A stretch of DNA of 20,782 bases from Penicillus capitatus. Taxonomy: Eukaryota > Plantae > Chlorophyta. The DNA lies in NCBI GenBank assembly GCA_965649825.1, contig OZ287701.1:1475759-1496540 (forward strand), in the 5' to 3' direction. Below are positions 17,770 through 20,782 of the stretch, piece by piece; position 1 is the stretch's first letter, and each line of letters opens with the position of its first letter. The position numbers and the translations under genes were made by a program. The notes beneath the pieces were generated by a model. That model did not search any database. It was given only the letters and a program-made list of their open reading frames with translations, and had not been told where the DNA came from.

Positions 17770-19150
17770 CATTTAAATCCAAAGCAGTTCCATGCGTCCT
17801 TCATATAGGATGCGTGCACATGTCGCCATGACTGATCAAAAGAGAGCCTAGACACAGAGCCATAGAGAGCGAGCAGAAGTACTTTCCCTCTCCAGCTGCA
17901 ACTGGAGATGAGAGATCTCTTGGCTGCAAAAGTAGATTAGACTCATGCGGGGAGATTCCCCGCGCAATTTGCCTGAGATCATGGATAAGATCGTCTCCTC
18001 TGATTGCTCTTTGAATGTGGTTGGCCTCCGATCTCAATCGTCGGCTTAGCTTTGGAGAACTAGCGCTTGTGGGCAGGTTGAGCTGATTCTGGATTTGGCT
18101 ACACGTCCCTAATCTTCGACCGAACATGACTAGGCGTTGTGTCATTTCTATATCCAAATTCCTGAATCTAGATAGAGGTAGAAGGCGGGGTATGCGGCAT
18201 TTTTTAGACACGATGCTGAGTTGTCGTGTGGCTCCTTCTAGTGTGAGTAGAGAGGCGGGCGGAGAGGACACTGAGGCCAAGATGAAAGAACTGTAATAGA
18301 TCGTAGGCACAAAGACGCCATGCACGATCGATAACGGGTAACACCGGGTAACACGACAGAAGCATCCGCGCCCAATTTTTTTCCGATCATTTTTGGGAAC
18401 GCTAAGATTTTCTTTAAGATCTCTGCTTGACAAGTTTCGTATGATGTTGCCATGTGAGTTTAGAGTCGAGAACGACGCCAAGGCACTTTATTTGTCCACA
18501 CTCTTGAAGGTTGTCCCTGCCGATAGCGTGATGGATTTCTAAAAGACCACCACCCAATTTCTTTGAGAAACAAATCGTCAGGCATTTTGGAGTGGTTTAA
18601 AATGAGGCCAACGTTTTAAACTAACTTTCATTCGTGCGGAGGCGGGACTGAAGCCGAGCTTGAATGTCGACACCATTCCTTCCAGCTGAATAGATCAGGA
18701 TGTCGTCGACATGGGCTTGATTCCTACGGTCGATATCATTCTCTGCCTCTCATCCCGTTATAAGACCAGTTCCAGTAACGGACTGACGAAGAAGCACACA
18801 GCAATGGGCCTAGGGGACTTACTTCCAAGCAAGCTGAGAGAACTGGTTACCGGCGTCTTTTGCTTTCGACTTTAATGATGCTCGAGCGGTCTATCACATA
18901 GTCTCGCAATCATCGCAGGAGGTGAGGTTGTACACCAGCTTTTTCAAGAGTTCGAATAAGCTCGGGGTGACTTACGGTGTCAAAAGCAGAAGTGAGATCG
19001 ACCGAAGCAGTAATGATTTCATTTCATACTTTAAAGCGGTCCTCATCTTGGCAGACAGATTCGCAAGCGCGGCCTCACAGCAACGCTGCTTCCTGAAGCA
19101 ATGCTGCACCTAGCGAAAGCGAAAATGAATGGCTTGAACTATGTTGTCTA
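17770..19150 (-). mobile_element. Decayed non-LTR retrotransposon (LINE) ORF2 reverse transcriptase remnant, multiple stops and frameshifts; boundaries approximate
   Basis: Collinear RT motifs on the minus strand: QHCFRKQRCCEAAL (19083-19106, cf. QYGFR), DLTSAFDTVSH (18967-18999), LR*LRDYVIDR (W to stop), SPLGPLL (18799-18819, cf. PQGSPLGPLLF), HVDDILIYS (18687-18713, cf. YADD), GLILNHSK (18586-18609), KCLGVVLDSKLTWQHH (18441-18488), VHGVFVPTIYYSS (18287-18325). Confidence 0.9.
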
Positions 19151-19658
19151 AGCTTTAGCCACAAAGATGTTTGTTGATGTATTCACAGAAGGCAGGAGGA
19201 CATTAGTGTGTGCACATCAACGGAGGCAGAAGATTGATTGCACCTTACACAAATCAAAGACAATAAGAACCATTATCCAACATCCATCCATCATATCGCC
19301 TAAAAGGCTTTTAATTATCTGAAGTTCGTTGCTTCCACGAACACTTCTTTCTGTTCGACCTAAGAGCAAACACTCTGGATGCTACGTCGCATCGTGGATT
19401 GATATGATGTTCATCGAAAGACAAACAAAAGTTGACGGATCTCTTAAGCCGAGTATTTCGCCAAACAACTCACTTGCAACAACGACGAAAATCAGAAACT
19501 TAGAAGACCCCAAAAACTAACGGGACTTGCATCAAAGACACAAAACATGGCTTTCACAGCACTTGCCTCTTTCTGGGACAATGTGCATACGTTTCAGACA
19601 CTAAGAATGAAATGCTGGTAATGATCCAGCTCATCGACTGCGAATAGAGAGCACAAAC

Positions 19659-20782
19659 TCAGTAGCGAATGTACAAAGACTTGATCTCTGTTTCAATTCC
19701 CAACGGGGCAAAATGATCGGCTGATGCTTTGCGGCATGCCAGCGTTGCTGTTACAAATTCTTCGGACGACACTGAACAAACAGCTCTTCCTCAGAGAACA
19801 ACTCATTTGTTTATCTGATCCTCACCTGTTGTAAACAGTGATTTAAAGGCTGCATCTGCGTGGAATCCAGAAATCGCTTCGGAGACAGATGCTGGGTAAC
19901 GCTTGGCTTCTTTCTTCTCAAGCTCGGCCTCTGACAGCGAAGCGGGATCGACCTGTGTTTTGGGAGGAAGCAATTTCTTCTCTCTCAGACCTGGAAAGAC
20001 ACATCGTTATATCAACGATGGTGATCGATCAGAGCATGCTTGACCTAGAATTCCAGCGACAACGAGTGCGGCCGCGCCGACATGCGGATTGGCCGTGGCA
20101 TCGAAACACTTCTGCTCGAAGTGGATACTGTTTTCGACGCCTTTCATAGGAAAGAGAACACGGATCATGGCCTCACTGCGGAAAACCGTTGTCAAAGGCA
20201 TACTCCCAGAGTGTGGCGTTTACCGGTTGTTGACACCCCAAACTGTAAAAACGCTAGACCAACATCCTAGCTGATAGCGACGAAAGCTATTTGACGTTCC
20301 AGTCGCGAAGATCATCCATGCAGCCTGGTGCTTGAGGAGTCCGTTGATGAAGTGCTGACCTTCTGCAGTCAACGCCTTGGGTGTCGGTCCTTGCAGAACA
20401 TCCACTCCGTCCTACATGCAACTTCTCTCACTAGTGGAAAGGGTGTGTCAGATGGCAATGACTTTCTCTATGCTTATGTGTATATGACAACCAGATCCTG
20501 CACTGTCTGGGAACACCTTTGGCAGAAAAGATGCTTCCAGTCCATTCTTATGAGCAACGGCCACTAACAAGATCCGCAGCATGATTTCTATCATGCAACA
20601 GATCGGGGTAAAATACCAATTGCCAAGCGGGTTAGCAAGAGGTTGTCGCAAGCTTTCAGGGCATCAGCAGGTGCAGTCACAATCTCGAGCTGATCATAGG
20701 CTGATTCGGAATGAAAGTGGATAACGTCTATGTCCATCTTCTCGAGCATTTCCGAGATCTCTTCCAGCACTGCGCGTCTGTC
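19659..20782 (-). CDS. Glutamine synthetase type I-like (NodGS/FluG-type gamma-glutamyl ligase) catalytic domain, 5'-partial, six exons in window
   Basis: Exons 20782-20617, 20563-20463, 20411-20224, 20175-20045, 19990-19826, 19771-19659. GT-AG introns 20564-20616 (53 nt), 20412-20462 (51), 20176-20223 (48), 19991-20044 (54), 19772-19825 (54) splice into one open frame: ..HSESAYDQLEI..ACDNLLLTR..SFLPKVFPDSAGSGCHIHIS..NSFRRYQLGCWSS..WGVNNREAMIRV..FEQKCFDATANPHVG..AGILGLREKKLLP..SLYIRY*. Confidence 0.93.

Noticed and set aside
16700-17800. Shared 3' end between this LINE and the SINE
   Set aside because: I looked for the SINE terminal sequence downstream of the RT remnant and saw no convincing match; this LINE copy is also dead.
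17801-18481. 226-aa ORF as an independent gene
   Set aside because: Its middle part (VHGVFVPTIYYSS...) is the post-RT region of the decayed LINE; the rest is out-of-frame read-through.

Overview
Eukaryotic genomic window; the lineage cannot be fixed from the sequence alone, but it uses very short 48-54 nt GT-AG introns. Left to right: (1) 1-5542, a non-coding hierarchical satellite (41-bp monomer, 148-bp subunit, ~0.33-kb blocks, three near-identical ~1.08-kb higher-order units); (2) a GC-rich junction bounded by 28-bp direct repeats; (3) a 399-bp tRNA-derived SINE-like insertion with an exact 15-bp target-site duplication; (4) on the minus strand, a ~6.26-kb apparently intronless NLR-like STAND gene (unknown helical N-terminus, NACHT ATPase, 22 HEAT-like 37-aa repeats whose distal half is near-identical and shuffled at DNA level, 9-aa VNTR tail), split by a +1 frameshift at an A9 run; (5) ~3 kb I cannot assign; (6) a decayed LINE reverse transcriptase; (7) the six 3' exons of a NodGS/FluG-type glutamine-synthetase-I-like gene running off the window end. 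The best candidate for a novel system is the NACHT-HEAT receptor with a recombining repeat array in a repeat-rich setting; the SINE is the next best. All family assignments are by motif recognition, not database search.
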